A DNA stretch of 55,547 bases from a virus (taxonomy: Duplodnaviria; Caudoviricetes): the IMG/VR virus record IMGVR_UViG_3300027710_000820, positions 1 to 55,547 of that record; one strand, given 5' to 3'. Numbering within the stretch: position 1 is the stretch's first letter; the number at the start of each line of letters is the position of its first letter. The notes beneath the pieces were generated by a model that saw only the letters and a program-made list of their open reading frames with translations, did not search any database and had not been told where the DNA came from. The translations under genes and the position numbers were made by a program. Below are positions 8,672-17,800 of the stretch, in pieces.

Positions 8672-9466
8672 ATGAAATTTATTATAGCAGGGTACGGGTT
8701 TGTAGGCAAAGCTGTAAAGAGTGCATTAAAAGACAAACACACAATCGAAATTGTTGACCCACAGTTTACAACTAATGAGATTAAATTTCATTATGACGCA
8801 GACGGAATTATTGTATGTGTGAGTACGCCAAGTGACAGTGATGGAAAGTGTGACATTAGTAGTGTGTTAGATGTTATTAGTCAAACACCTGTACACATTC
8901 CAGTATTAGTTAAAAGTACAGTAAGTCCTGACCTAGTTAGAACTATCTTAGACAAGTACACTGAACATAGTATTGTGTTTAGTCCAGAATTTTTAAGAGC
9001 TAAATCAGCGATTGAAGATTTTGCTAATCAAAAATATATGGTTGTTGGCGGCGATGATCCATTAGACTTTTGGCATATTGTTTTTAGAGATAGCTTGCCA
9101 AACTTGAAAGTTGTACATAAATGTACTGCTGAAGAAGCGGCGATTGTCAAATATGCAACTAATAGTTTTTTGGCCACAAAAGTTTCATTCTTTAATCATT
9201 TGTATGATATTTGTGAAGCAAGTGGACAAGATTTTGATATAGTTAGGCAACTAGTATGTCAAGATGTTAGAATTGGAACTAGCCATAGTATGGTTCCTGG
9301 GATAGATGGCGAACGTGGCTGGGGAGGGCATTGCTTTCCAAAAGACACATCATCGTTTGTTCAATATGCAAGAACTTTAGGTCAAAATTTTGATTTATTG
9401 GAAACTGCTATTGAATATAACAATAAGGTAAAAAAAGTGGTTGACATTAACGACTTTTCTAAATAA
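8672..9466 (+). CDS. UDP-glucose/GDP-mannose dehydrogenase family protein, short form
   Basis: GYGFVG Rossmann motif, VKST, SPEFL, KYATN and catalytic GGHCFPKD. About 264 aa; ATG at 8672. Confidence 0.88.
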   Translation: MKFIIAGYGFVGKAVKSALKDKHTIEIVDPQFTTNEIKFHYDADGIIVCVSTPSDSDGKCDISSVLDVISQTPVHIPVLVKSTVSPDLVRTILDKYTEHSIVFSPEFLRAKSAIEDFANQKYMVVGGDDPLDFWHIVFRDSLPNLKVVHKCTAEEAAIVKYATNSFLATKVSFFNHLYDICEASGQDFDIVRQLVCQDVRIGTSHSMVPGIDGERGWGGHCFPKDTSSFVQYARTLGQNFDLLETAIEYNNKVKKVVDINDFSK

Positions 9467-9469
9467 AAT
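9441..9469 (+). promoter_or_regulatory. sigma70-type promoter with overlapping TAAATA motif
   Basis: TTGACA (9441-9446), 17-bp spacer, TAAAAT (9464-9469); TAAATA at 9460-9465. Confidence 0.65.
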
Positions 9470-9489
9470 AGTAAAACATGGAGATTAAT

Positions 9490-10221
9490 ATGAAAGACAT
9501 TTTGCAAGACATCGTAGCACATACGCACAGCCTAGGCTTCTTACCAACAGTAAAAGTAACTGGTGAAACTGATGCAACAACAATCGAGTCTATGGCCGAA
9601 GACCGTAGCGTTATTGTTAATGCTAAAACACACAAATCCGTTGGCGAGTTCAGTGGTGTGTTTGGTATGCCTAACTTGGACAAGTTAGCATTACACTTGA
9701 AGAATCCAGAATATAAAGAAAACGCAAAGATTAATGTTGTTAAAAGTCAACGTAACGGCGCAGAGATTCCAACAAGTTTGCACTTTGAGAATGCCGCTGG
9801 AGACTTTGTCAATGACTACAGATTTATGAGTACTGAAGTTATTAACGAAAAACTTAAAAGCGTCAAATACAAAGGTAGTGGTTGGGAAGTAGAATTCGAA
9901 CCAGCAGTTGCGGCTATTGGGCGTTTAAAACTACAGGCCGCGGCACACAGTGAAGAGTCAGTGTTCCAAGTTAAAACAGAAGATGATAACTTGGTATTTT
10001 TCTTTGGTGATGCATCAACACACGCAGGATCGTTTGTATTCCAACACAATGTTGGCGGCAAGCTAAAGCACACATGGAGCTGGCCAATTAACCAAGTGAT
10101 CAGTATCCTCGGTTTAGATGGCAAGACAACAATGCGAATCAGTGATCAAGGCGCAATGCAAATTACTGTAGACAGTGGTATTACAGAATACAACTACATT
10201 TTACCAGCACAAAGTAAGTAA
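9490..10221 (+). CDS. Probable DNA polymerase sliding clamp (gp45/PCNA-like)
   Basis: About 243 aa with an alternating beta/alpha two-domain pattern and a clamp-like C-terminus (YNYILPA). Lies in the replication module; GGAGA RBS before ATG 9490. Confidence 0.5.
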   Translation: MKDILQDIVAHTHSLGFLPTVKVTGETDATTIESMAEDRSVIVNAKTHKSVGEFSGVFGMPNLDKLALHLKNPEYKENAKINVVKSQRNGAEIPTSLHFENAAGDFVNDYRFMSTEVINEKLKSVKYKGSGWEVEFEPAVAAIGRLKLQAAAHSEESVFQVKTEDDNLVFFFGDASTHAGSFVFQHNVGGKLKHTWSWPINQVISILGLDGKTTMRISDQGAMQITVDSGITEYNYILPAQSK

Positions 10222-11780
10222 TGAACAGAAACTTAACAGCAACACAGAATGATTATGCGATGTTTTTGCCAGCAACATCGACATTTTATTCTACGTTTGT
10301 AGGAAAGCAAAGACACTTTAATTATGTGGATCCAAATAGAATTCCGCCTGCATTTAAAAACGGTGCTGAAAGTCTTAACTATTTGGATCCAGTAAAAGGT
10401 GAATTTTATTATCAGTGGTGTTTGTACTCAGCAGGTCATGCTAACCTAGACCTTAACAAGTTTGATCCTAAAGAGGACATGTTCCGTAATAGAGATCGTA
10501 AAACAAGTTGGGTCTTAGGTGACTCTGGTGGTTTCCAAATTGGTAAAGGCAAGTGGGTCGCTGACTGGAAAGATCCTAATTGTCCCAGGGCTATGAAAAA
10601 GCGTAAACAAGTATTGACTTGGATGGACACGCTAATGGACTATGGTATGATTTTAGATATCCCCAGTTGGATTGCTAAAATTCCAGAGAGTCAAAAAGCT
10701 ACAGGTATTACTAGTTATATTGATGCCGTCAATGGTACATATATCAATAATGATTACTTCGTACAAAATCGAAACGGCAACTGTAAATTCTTGAATGTTT
10801 TACAGGGCGAGAATCATGCACAAGCAGACGATTGGTATGATCGTATGAAAAAGTATTGTGATCCTAAACAATATCCAGATTCACATTTTAATGGCTGGGG
10901 TATGGGTGGTCAAAATATGTGTGACATACACCTTGTGTTGCGTAGACTTGTAGAGTTACGTTTTGATGGCTTGTTAGAAAAAGGCAAACAGGATTGGATG
11001 CACTTTTTAGGAACAAGTAAATTAGAATGGGCATTACTATTAACAGACATTCAAAGGGCTGTACGTAAGCATCATAACGAAAACTTTAATATTAGTTTCG
11101 ACTGTGCTAGTCCGTTCCTTGCTACTGCTAACGGTCAAATCTATATTCAAACAGAATGTGAAGATCGTCAAAAGTGGACATATAGAATGACATCTAGTGC
11201 TGATGACAAGAAGTATGCTAACGATACTCGCTTGTATAAAGATGCAGTTATTCAAGACGGCATTTTAAAAGTGTTTGAATCTAGTCCTATTATTGATCAA
11301 ATTAAACTTAACGAGATCTGTATTTACGGTCCAAATGATAAAAACAAGTTTGGTCAGATTAATAAAACATCATGGGATAGCTTTAGTTATGGCATTATGA
11401 TGGGACACAATGTTTGGATGCACATCAATGCTGTACAAGAAGCAAATCGTCAATATGACGCAGGTAGATGCCCTAATATGCTAGTGGACGAAAGATTTGA
11501 CCAATTGTTCTTTAAAGACATTGTTGAAGCTATTTTTGCTACTAGCGATAAAGGAACTGCATTAAAATTAGTCGAAGAGTTTAATAGTTTTTGGAATCGT
11601 ATTATTGGTACACGTGGAGCAAGTGGAAAGAAAGCAACAAATCCAAGTACTAAGTTTGCCGAGTTGTTTGACAGTGTAGAGCCACAAGCTGTACAATCAG
11701 AACACATTGATGAATTTACTGAAGAAGAAATTGATAAACTTGAGCAACTTGACGAAGGTGTGGAGAATGACGTTACCTGA
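10221..11780 (+). CDS. dpdA: DpdA-like DNA guanine transglycosylase (TGT family)
   Basis: TGT motifs DSGGFQ, LDIP, VLQG, GWGMGG, HFLG, FDCASP and a late HN. No CxCxxC zinc site. folE, queE and a queD-like gene lie nearby. Confidence 0.82.
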   Translation: MNRNLTATQNDYAMFLPATSTFYSTFVGKQRHFNYVDPNRIPPAFKNGAESLNYLDPVKGEFYYQWCLYSAGHANLDLNKFDPKEDMFRNRDRKTSWVLGDSGGFQIGKGKWVADWKDPNCPRAMKKRKQVLTWMDTLMDYGMILDIPSWIAKIPESQKATGITSYIDAVNGTYINNDYFVQNRNGNCKFLNVLQGENHAQADDWYDRMKKYCDPKQYPDSHFNGWGMGGQNMCDIHLVLRRLVELRFDGLLEKGKQDWMHFLGTSKLEWALLLTDIQRAVRKHHNENFNISFDCASPFLATANGQIYIQTECEDRQKWTYRMTSSADDKKYANDTRLYKDAVIQDGILKVFESSPIIDQIKLNEICIYGPNDKNKFGQINKTSWDSFSYGIMMGHNVWMHINAVQEANRQYDAGRCPNMLVDERFDQLFFKDIVEAIFATSDKGTALKLVEEFNSFWNRIIGTRGASGKKATNPSTKFAELFDSVEPQAVQSEHIDEFTEEEIDKLEQLDEGVENDVT

Positions 11781-12012
11781 CGAAAGATATCGAGCAGTAG
11801 TACAGACTCAAAGATTTTTATTAGAGATCTTGACAACTCCTCGAGTTCCAAAAGCAATTAAAGACCGGGCCCGCAGTTGCTTGCGACACTATCCCAACGA
11901 TTGGGATATGAAACAAGCCGCTGAAGGTTCTCCGCATGTATTTGCTGAGCAAATGGAAGCAGTAACTCGTTTGTTTAAATCTTACGAGGAAAATAAAAAT
12001 GAGCAAAAGTAG
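11767..12012 (+). CDS. Small conserved protein, BPSL0761-like
   Basis: MTLPDERYRAV...FL...RARSCLRHYP pattern; GGAGA RBS. Confidence 0.6.
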   Translation: MTLPDERYRAVVQTQRFLLEILTTPRVPKAIKDRARSCLRHYPNDWDMKQAAEGSPHVFAEQMEAVTRLFKSYEENKNEQK

Positions 12013-12883
12013 CCTAGTAGTTGGCATGGGTATTGGTCAACTTTACAAAAGTGTACTAACTAAATTAGGACATACAGTTGTAACCGTTGACATGGATATT
12101 AACAAAGGTGCAGATTTACCTACAGTTGAATCTGCTATACTTGCTCATGCTCCTTTTGATACTGTGCATATCTGTACACCTAACTTTACACATGCCAAAC
12201 TTGCTAAACAATTAGCACCGTATACAAAAATTATGTTTATCGAGAAGCCAGGAGTATCAACGAGTACTGTTTGGTGCAACATGCTTTTAGAAAATCCTTA
12301 CACACGTTTTATTATGGTTAAAAATAATATGTGGCGTGACAACATTGCAGAGTTACAAGCATTGGCTATTAAAGCAAAAACTGTACACATTGAATGGATC
12401 AGACGTAATTGTATTCCACACCCAGGTAGTTGGTTTACTACACGAGAATTAGCGTTTGGCGGTGTTAGTAGAGATTTAATGCCGCATTTGTTGAGCATTT
12501 ATATTGCTCTTAATACAAGCTGGCGCAGTGAACAAGTTAACGGCAAGGCTACATTACAGCAATGGCAGTTGTCAGAAATTGATAGCACTGACTACGGAGT
12601 CATTAATCCTAATGGTGTTTATGATGTTGACGACAAGTGTGTTTTTAACTTTGGCAACAAGTGGAAATTAGAAGCAAACTGGCGTAGCATGGACAATGAA
12701 AGCAGTGCCATTAAATTTATTATGCAAGATAATAGTGTAGAAACATTTGAACTTGGATGGTGTCCTGAAGAAGCATATCATAATATGATTGTAGATGCTA
12801 TTAATAATACTGATAATCCAGATTTTTGGAATAAACAACTAGAGCAAGATTTATGGATACATCAGCAAGTGGAGACCGTATGA
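11999..12883 (+). CDS. Gfo/Idh/MocA-family NAD(P)-dependent oxidoreductase
   Basis: Motifs VVGMGIG, ICTPNFTH, FIEKPG and GGVSRDLMPH. Confidence 0.85.
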   Translation: MSKSSLVVGMGIGQLYKSVLTKLGHTVVTVDMDINKGADLPTVESAILAHAPFDTVHICTPNFTHAKLAKQLAPYTKIMFIEKPGVSTSTVWCNMLLENPYTRFIMVKNNMWRDNIAELQALAIKAKTVHIEWIRRNCIPHPGSWFTTRELAFGGVSRDLMPHLLSIYIALNTSWRSEQVNGKATLQQWQLSEIDSTDYGVINPNGVYDVDDKCVFNFGNKWKLEANWRSMDNESSAIKFIMQDNSVETFELGWCPEEAYHNMIVDAINNTDNPDFWNKQLEQDLWIHQQVETV

Positions 12884-13758
12884 CAAGATGTTTGCAAACA
12901 ACAGGGCAAGGTTACTTTGAAGAAGTAACATACGATGTTCCGCCATTAACTGAAGATGAGATTTGTGTGCGAGCAGTAATGACTGGAGTCTGTCGTAGTG
13001 ATATAGATATGATGCAAGGTAACTTTGGTCCATTACCATTACACATGCAGGGTCACGAAGGTCTCGGTAAAGTGATTGGAATTGGTGCTAACATTACTAA
13101 TGTAAAATTTGGTGACTACGTTGCTACCCGTGGTGAGCCTGCGTATGCAGATATTTACAATGTTCGTAAAGATGAATACGTACAAGTACCCGAAGCTCAT
13201 CCACGCTATATCTTAGAACCAGTTGCTTGCGGAATAAATGCTGTAGACGTTGCAGATTGTTCTAGACAAGATAAAATACTTATTCTAGGTAGTGGCTTCT
13301 TAGCTTGGGTAGCTTATCATACACTAACTAAATTCAAACATTGTGAAAATGTTGATGTATTAGGATCTAGTAACATAGAATTGTGGGGAGATAAACTATT
13401 ACTAGGAACTAGCGAAAGCTATGATGTAGTAATTGACTTATCTGGCAAATATGAGCTGGGCACAGAGATTAACCTAAATAACAATGCGCTAATTGTTGAT
13501 GCAGTTGGCAAAGCAGTATCTAGAGAAGAAGCACAGACACAACTTTGGAAAGCTGTAACTACAATCAAACCAAGTCCCCGTAATCCAAATTTTCATCAAT
13601 GCATGAAAGATGCTGTTTGGATGATTGAAAACGGTAAACTTGATGTTGACTCTTTCTGGACAAAAGCATATAATAGAGACATAGAGTGGCAACAAGCGTT
13701 TGTAGACGGTGTTAATCGTCCAAATGGTTATAGCAGAGGATATATTAAATGGGATTGA
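12880..13758 (+). CDS. Zn-dependent medium-chain alcohol/sugar dehydrogenase
   Basis: Motifs GVCRSD, GHEG, EPVACG and ILGSGFL; ATGA-coupled to the upstream gene. Confidence 0.87.
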   Translation: MTRCLQTTGQGYFEEVTYDVPPLTEDEICVRAVMTGVCRSDIDMMQGNFGPLPLHMQGHEGLGKVIGIGANITNVKFGDYVATRGEPAYADIYNVRKDEYVQVPEAHPRYILEPVACGINAVDVADCSRQDKILILGSGFLAWVAYHTLTKFKHCENVDVLGSSNIELWGDKLLLGTSESYDVVIDLSGKYELGTEINLNNNALIVDAVGKAVSREEAQTQLWKAVTTIKPSPRNPNFHQCMKDAVWMIENGKLDVDSFWTKAYNRDIEWQQAFVDGVNRPNGYSRGYIKWD

Positions 13759-14264
13759 ATACCGAAGAACGACAAAACATAGTCTATTTTACAGGCTATG
13801 AAGTTGAACATACAATTTGCCATGGTATGAAAACTTTATTTGTTGTAGGCACTCCGCCAGTACAAGAGATTCTTAATAAAGCCGTTGAAACAGACGTTAC
13901 ACACATTTATTTTGGAACTAGTCAAAGTTTTAATCCTAAAGCAATGACTCAGGAAGAATATGCCGCATGGGATGAAGTTATCCTTGGATGTTTGAAGAAA
14001 GACTATTGGGTTACTTTAGACTTTGGTGTTGAACACATTGAAGGTGTAATCGAAAGCGGGTATTCTGAATATCAAAAGTTTGTTCCTATGATTAGTGTAA
14101 AATTGCCTTATATTAATCAACTTAATTACAATGCTACTCTCAAACTTGACGACATTACTTGGGGTAAGACAAACCCAGGTGTATGGACTCACCATCTCCA
14201 AAGCCTAATGAGTAAAGATAAATTTACTTACTGGGATCAATATACACAAGACACTCCAACATGA
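13749..14264 (+). CDS. Hypothetical protein embedded in the deazaguanine cluster
   Basis: 171-aa ORF overlapping both neighbours; no family recognised. Confidence 0.7.
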   Translation: MGLNTEERQNIVYFTGYEVEHTICHGMKTLFVVGTPPVQEILNKAVETDVTHIYFGTSQSFNPKAMTQEEYAAWDEVILGCLKKDYWVTLDFGVEHIEGVIESGYSEYQKFVPMISVKLPYINQLNYNATLKLDDITWGKTNPGVWTHHLQSLMSKDKFTYWDQYTQDTPT

Positions 14265-14647
14265 TTATCAAACAAGACATCCGTCCTCTTAAAATGATTT
14301 GGGTTACCTTCCAGAAAGAAGGTATGCACAAGTACCCAGCCGCACTTACAGATCCAGCACTTGCAACAGGTGACGAATATGATGTAAGTTTTCTAGGCTA
14401 CCCACATCGTCATACATTCCATTTCAAAGTATGGATTAGTGTTACACATAACGATAGAGATATCGAATTTATTCAGTTTAAACGCTGGTTGGAAAAGCTG
14501 TACACAGGTGCTCTCCAACTAGACTACAAGAGTTGCGAGATGATGTCAGATGATTTACATGACGCCATCTCCAGCAGGTATCCAGACCGTGAGGTTTGGA
14601 TTGAGGTCTCCGAAGACGGAGAAAATGGTTCATTTATTAAGTACTAA
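14261..14647 (+). CDS. QueD-like T-fold protein with LxxxHRHxF motif (QueD paralogue, DpdL-like)
   Basis: Motifs H(KYP), LGYPHRHTF, DIEF, SCE and EVSEDGEN. Lacks the canonical QueD CxxxHGH motif. Confidence 0.75.
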   Translation: MIIKQDIRPLKMIWVTFQKEGMHKYPAALTDPALATGDEYDVSFLGYPHRHTFHFKVWISVTHNDRDIEFIQFKRWLEKLYTGALQLDYKSCEMMSDDLHDAISSRYPDREVWIEVSEDGENGSFIKY

Positions 14648-14666
14648 AATTAAAGGAAATACTCCT

Positions 14667-14906
14667 ATGAAAAACGAAGTCGTGAAGATTTTTGATGACC
14701 TGGACAACTATCTCGACTTTTGTCGTTTCGAGTTGCGTGATTACACACCTACCGATCTATATAACAGAGAAAGCCAAAACTGGCGTGACTTTGAATATAG
14801 TCGCCGTCCTAAGAAGCCGTGGAATGGTGAGCGCAAGCCGTACTTGGGTAAAAACCCTCGTCCGCATAATCCAAACTTCAATAACAAACCAAGGTTTAGA
14901 GACTGA
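14667..14906 (+). CDS. Hypothetical protein with basic C-terminal tail
   Basis: AAGGA RBS, ATG at 14667, TGATG coupling to the glycosyltransferase. Confidence 0.65.
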   Translation: MKNEVVKIFDDLDNYLDFCRFELRDYTPTDLYNRESQNWRDFEYSRRPKKPWNGERKPYLGKNPRPHNPNFNNKPRFRD

Positions 14907-15961
14907 TGCAAGTCTTTTTAGTCGACCTTGAAGCAGTTGACACACGGTACACGGGTCAATGGAAAACCCATGTACCTGATCTCTTACGAAAGGCAGGTCA
15001 CAATGTTCAAATTATCTCTGGCCCTGAAGATATTCCTTCAGCCACTACTCCTGGTGCTTTTCTTAATTTTGGTGGCACCAATATATACAAGGCTAAACAA
15101 GTTGAAACCTTGGGTAGGTTATTTTGCGACGGAGCCGTTCGCCCAGGTGATCATTTTATATTTACTGATGCTTGGCACCCTGGTATCATCAATCTCAAGT
15201 ACATGGCCGAGCTCCTGGGCATTCCAGTAACTACACACGGACTATGGCATGCTGGCAGTTATGATCCACAAGATTTCTTAGGACGTCTTGTTGGAGATAA
15301 GCCTTGGGTAAGACACGCTGAAAAGAGTTTCTATCACGCATTTGATCACAACTACTTTGCCACAGACTTTCACATCGAAATGTTTAGAAACAATCTGTTC
15401 GGTGAAGATCAGTTTTCGTACAAATCAATTACTCGTACAGGTTGGCCTATGGAATATATGGGCGACACATTGTTGCAATATCAAGGCATGGCCAAGCGTG
15501 ATCTTATTTTATTCCCGCATCGCATTGCACCAGAAAAGCAAGTTGAAATTTTTAGAGACCTAAAACATCAATTACCGCAGTATGAATTTGTTGTTTGTCA
15601 AGATCAACAATTAACTAAGAACGAATATCACAATTTGTTAGGCGAAGCCAAGTTAGTCTTCAGTGCTAACTTACAAGAAACGCTTGGTATTAGTTGTTAC
15701 GAAGGTGCAGTTGTAGATGCTATCCCAATGGTTCCGGATAGACTTAGCTATACAGAAATGTATTTTGATAATTTTAAATACCCTAGTGTATGGACTGAAT
15801 CATACGAAGCATACGAAGCATATCGTCCAGAACTGTGTGGGAAGATCATACAGTATATGAACAATTACAAGTCTATGATCCCGAACATAAGAAAACAAAA
15901 GGATGCATTACATGAACACTTCTTCAGCGCAAACGGATTACTCGATAACATCAGACGATGA
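14906..15961 (+). CDS. GT-B fold glycosyltransferase (GT4-like)
   Basis: LFPHRIAPEK and QETLGISCYEG (E-x7-E-type donor motif); 351 aa. Confidence 0.8.
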   Translation: MQVFLVDLEAVDTRYTGQWKTHVPDLLRKAGHNVQIISGPEDIPSATTPGAFLNFGGTNIYKAKQVETLGRLFCDGAVRPGDHFIFTDAWHPGIINLKYMAELLGIPVTTHGLWHAGSYDPQDFLGRLVGDKPWVRHAEKSFYHAFDHNYFATDFHIEMFRNNLFGEDQFSYKSITRTGWPMEYMGDTLLQYQGMAKRDLILFPHRIAPEKQVEIFRDLKHQLPQYEFVVCQDQQLTKNEYHNLLGEAKLVFSANLQETLGISCYEGAVVDAIPMVPDRLSYTEMYFDNFKYPSVWTESYEAYEAYRPELCGKIIQYMNNYKSMIPNIRKQKDALHEHFFSANGLLDNIRR

Positions 15962-16322
15962 TATCCACACTATAACATTTGCTAACGATACTACTGTAGG
16001 AACTGGCTTCATTGCACAAACAATGAATAGTGTTTTGTCAGATACTATAACTATCACATCACCTAATTCTTGGTCAGCGCAAAATTATACATACGCTACA
16101 GGCGCAAGTGGAGCAAGTGTTACTATAGGTAGCATTGATCCTGGCGTCTTTACTTGGAAACATCCTGAAGAATGGGTAGATAGTTTTCCAGATTATGACA
16201 AAGTAAAAGAGATGTGCGACAAATATCCTGCATTTAAAATTGCGTTTGACAAATTTAAACAAGTGTATGATTTGGTTGAAGACGATTTCGAAGCAAAGAA
16301 AGGTAATAAGTATGTTCCTTAA
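15912..16322 (+). CDS. Hypothetical protein
   Basis: T/S-rich N-terminus and helical C-terminus (MCDKYPAFKIAF). Start uncertain. Confidence 0.55.
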   Translation: MNTSSAQTDYSITSDDDIHTITFANDTTVGTGFIAQTMNSVLSDTITITSPNSWSAQNYTYATGASGASVTIGSIDPGVFTWKHPEEWVDSFPDYDKVKEMCDKYPAFKIAFDKFKQVYDLVEDDFEAKKGNKYVP

Positions 16323-16776
16323 ACTGTTAGAAAAATTAGATCGTAAACGTATTATTATGGATCGCGAATGTAACGAGCCATTAATCACCCGTTATTATCT
16401 TTTTTTAAAAGATCGTAAACATTTTCCATTTAACATATTCCTACACAAGTTTCACAAAGGCGATCCAGGTGATGTACATGATCACCCGTGGCCCTATGCC
16501 ACATTTATCCTGGCAGGCGGATACTACGAGTACACTCCCATAATGGCATTTGGTAAAATGATTGGAGAAACTAAGCACTGGCGTGGACCAGGACATTTTC
16601 GTATCTGTAGTGCGTATAGTTATCATCGAATTGAATTGAAAGAGGGTGTGACTCCATGGACGTTGTTTATGCCTGGACCACAAGAACGAGAATGGGGATT
16701 TCTCGTAAAGAATAATTGGATACACAATGGCGAATACCTTACATACAAAGCAGAACACGCTAACAACTCTAAATAA
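16312..16776 (+). CDS. Cupin-fold protein
   Basis: HDHPW...ILAGGYYE...HRIEL...WTLF metal-binding cupin pattern. Confidence 0.75.
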   Translation: MFLKLLEKLDRKRIIMDRECNEPLITRYYLFLKDRKHFPFNIFLHKFHKGDPGDVHDHPWPYATFILAGGYYEYTPIMAFGKMIGETKHWRGPGHFRICSAYSYHRIELKEGVTPWTLFMPGPQEREWGFLVKNNWIHNGEYLTYKAEHANNSK

Positions 16777-17080
16777 TATTTCAAATAGTGTACTTACTGC
16801 TGGGTCGAATGGTACAAGCTACACTACTGCTTGGACTAATCCAATTGAAAACAACATACTGACAGTTAAAAACAATCCTGCTGGATTAGATGTAAAAGGT
16901 ACACTAGTTGTAAACGGTCGAGATTTAGAGGAACGGTTAGATACAATAGAAAAGGTCTTGCAAATTCCTGAAAGAGATGTTATACTTGAGCGTAAGCATC
17001 CAAAGCTAAAGAAATTGTATGATGAATACATCGAAGCATTAGGTAAGTATAGAACTTGGAATAATATTAAAGGAGAATAA
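16727..17080 (+). CDS. Hypothetical protein
   Basis: ORF in the operon. Its C-terminus (LERKHPKLKKLYDEY) loosely resembles that of 15912-16322. Confidence 0.6.
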   Translation: MANTLHTKQNTLTTLNNISNSVLTAGSNGTSYTTAWTNPIENNILTVKNNPAGLDVKGTLVVNGRDLEERLDTIEKVLQIPERDVILERKHPKLKKLYDEYIEALGKYRTWNNIKGE

Positions 17081-17081
17081 A

Positions 17082-17315
17082 ATGAAACTACACGAATCAA
17101 TTGCACATACTAAAAAAGAAATGGTCATTAAAGAAAATGAAGGCTTTAGACTATCATTAGTGAAGTGGGAAGCAGTTGCTCCTAAAGGCATCTATTCGCT
17201 TCACCTAGTTCAAGAAAGTCTAGATGAAGATGGCGAAGTATGGGACACTAGTACATATAACTTTAATATGACCAAAGAAGAATTGCAATCACTTGCCCAT
17301 GGGTTAGTTGCATGA
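17082..17315 (+). CDS. Hypothetical protein
   Basis: AAGGAG RBS; 77 aa. Confidence 0.7.
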   Translation: MKLHESIAHTKKEMVIKENEGFRLSLVKWEAVAPKGIYSLHLVQESLDEDGEVWDTSTYNFNMTKEELQSLAHGLVA

Positions 17316-17800
17316 AAAAAGTTTACTATAGCTGGGCACAAGTGCAAGGAGCATGTTTAGAGATTGCTCGCCAGCTATCTGCAGACAATTGGAGGCCTGA
17401 CTATATTGTAGGTATAACCCGAGGCGGGCTTGTACCAGCTACACTACTAAGTCAATATACTGGCATTAAGATGCACACACTTAATGTCAGTCTTCGTGAC
17501 GGCGATGGTGGAGAAAGTAATTTATGGATGGCTGAAGATGCATTCAATGGTTTGAAAATACTCATTGTGGACGATATCAATGATCAAGGATCTACGATCA
17601 ATTGGATTAAACAAGATTGGCCAAGTGGTTGTTTGCCAGGTATGCCTAACTGGAATACCATTTGGGGTGATAATGTTCGCTTTGCTACACTGACTAGCAA
17701 TATGGCAAGTAAAGAAACTGTTGACTACTCTGTATGGGAAGTTAACAAAGCAGAAGAGGACTGCTGGTTAGTTTATCCTTGGGAAGATTTTTGGCTATGA
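17312..17800 (+). CDS. Type I purine phosphoribosyltransferase (Gpt-like)
   Basis: IVGITRGGLVPA, PRPP-binding ILIVDDINDQGST and C-terminal WLVYPWE. Confidence 0.88.
   Translation: MKKVYYSWAQVQGACLEIARQLSADNWRPDYIVGITRGGLVPATLLSQYTGIKMHTLNVSLRDGDGGESNLWMAEDAFNGLKILIVDDINDQGSTINWIKQDWPSGCLPGMPNWNTIWGDNVRFATLTSNMASKETVDYSVWEVNKAEEDCWLVYPWEDFWL

Noticed and set aside
10221-11780. Interpretation as an ordinary tRNA-guanine transglycosylase (Tgt)
   Set aside because: It lacks the CxCxxC zinc site, is longer and divergent, and is coupled to replication genes. A DNA-acting DpdA fits better, though tRNA activity is not excluded.
14654-14666. AGGA/TCCT mini-hairpin that could occlude the RBS of 14667
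   Set aside because: A 4-bp stem is too weak to distinguish from chance.
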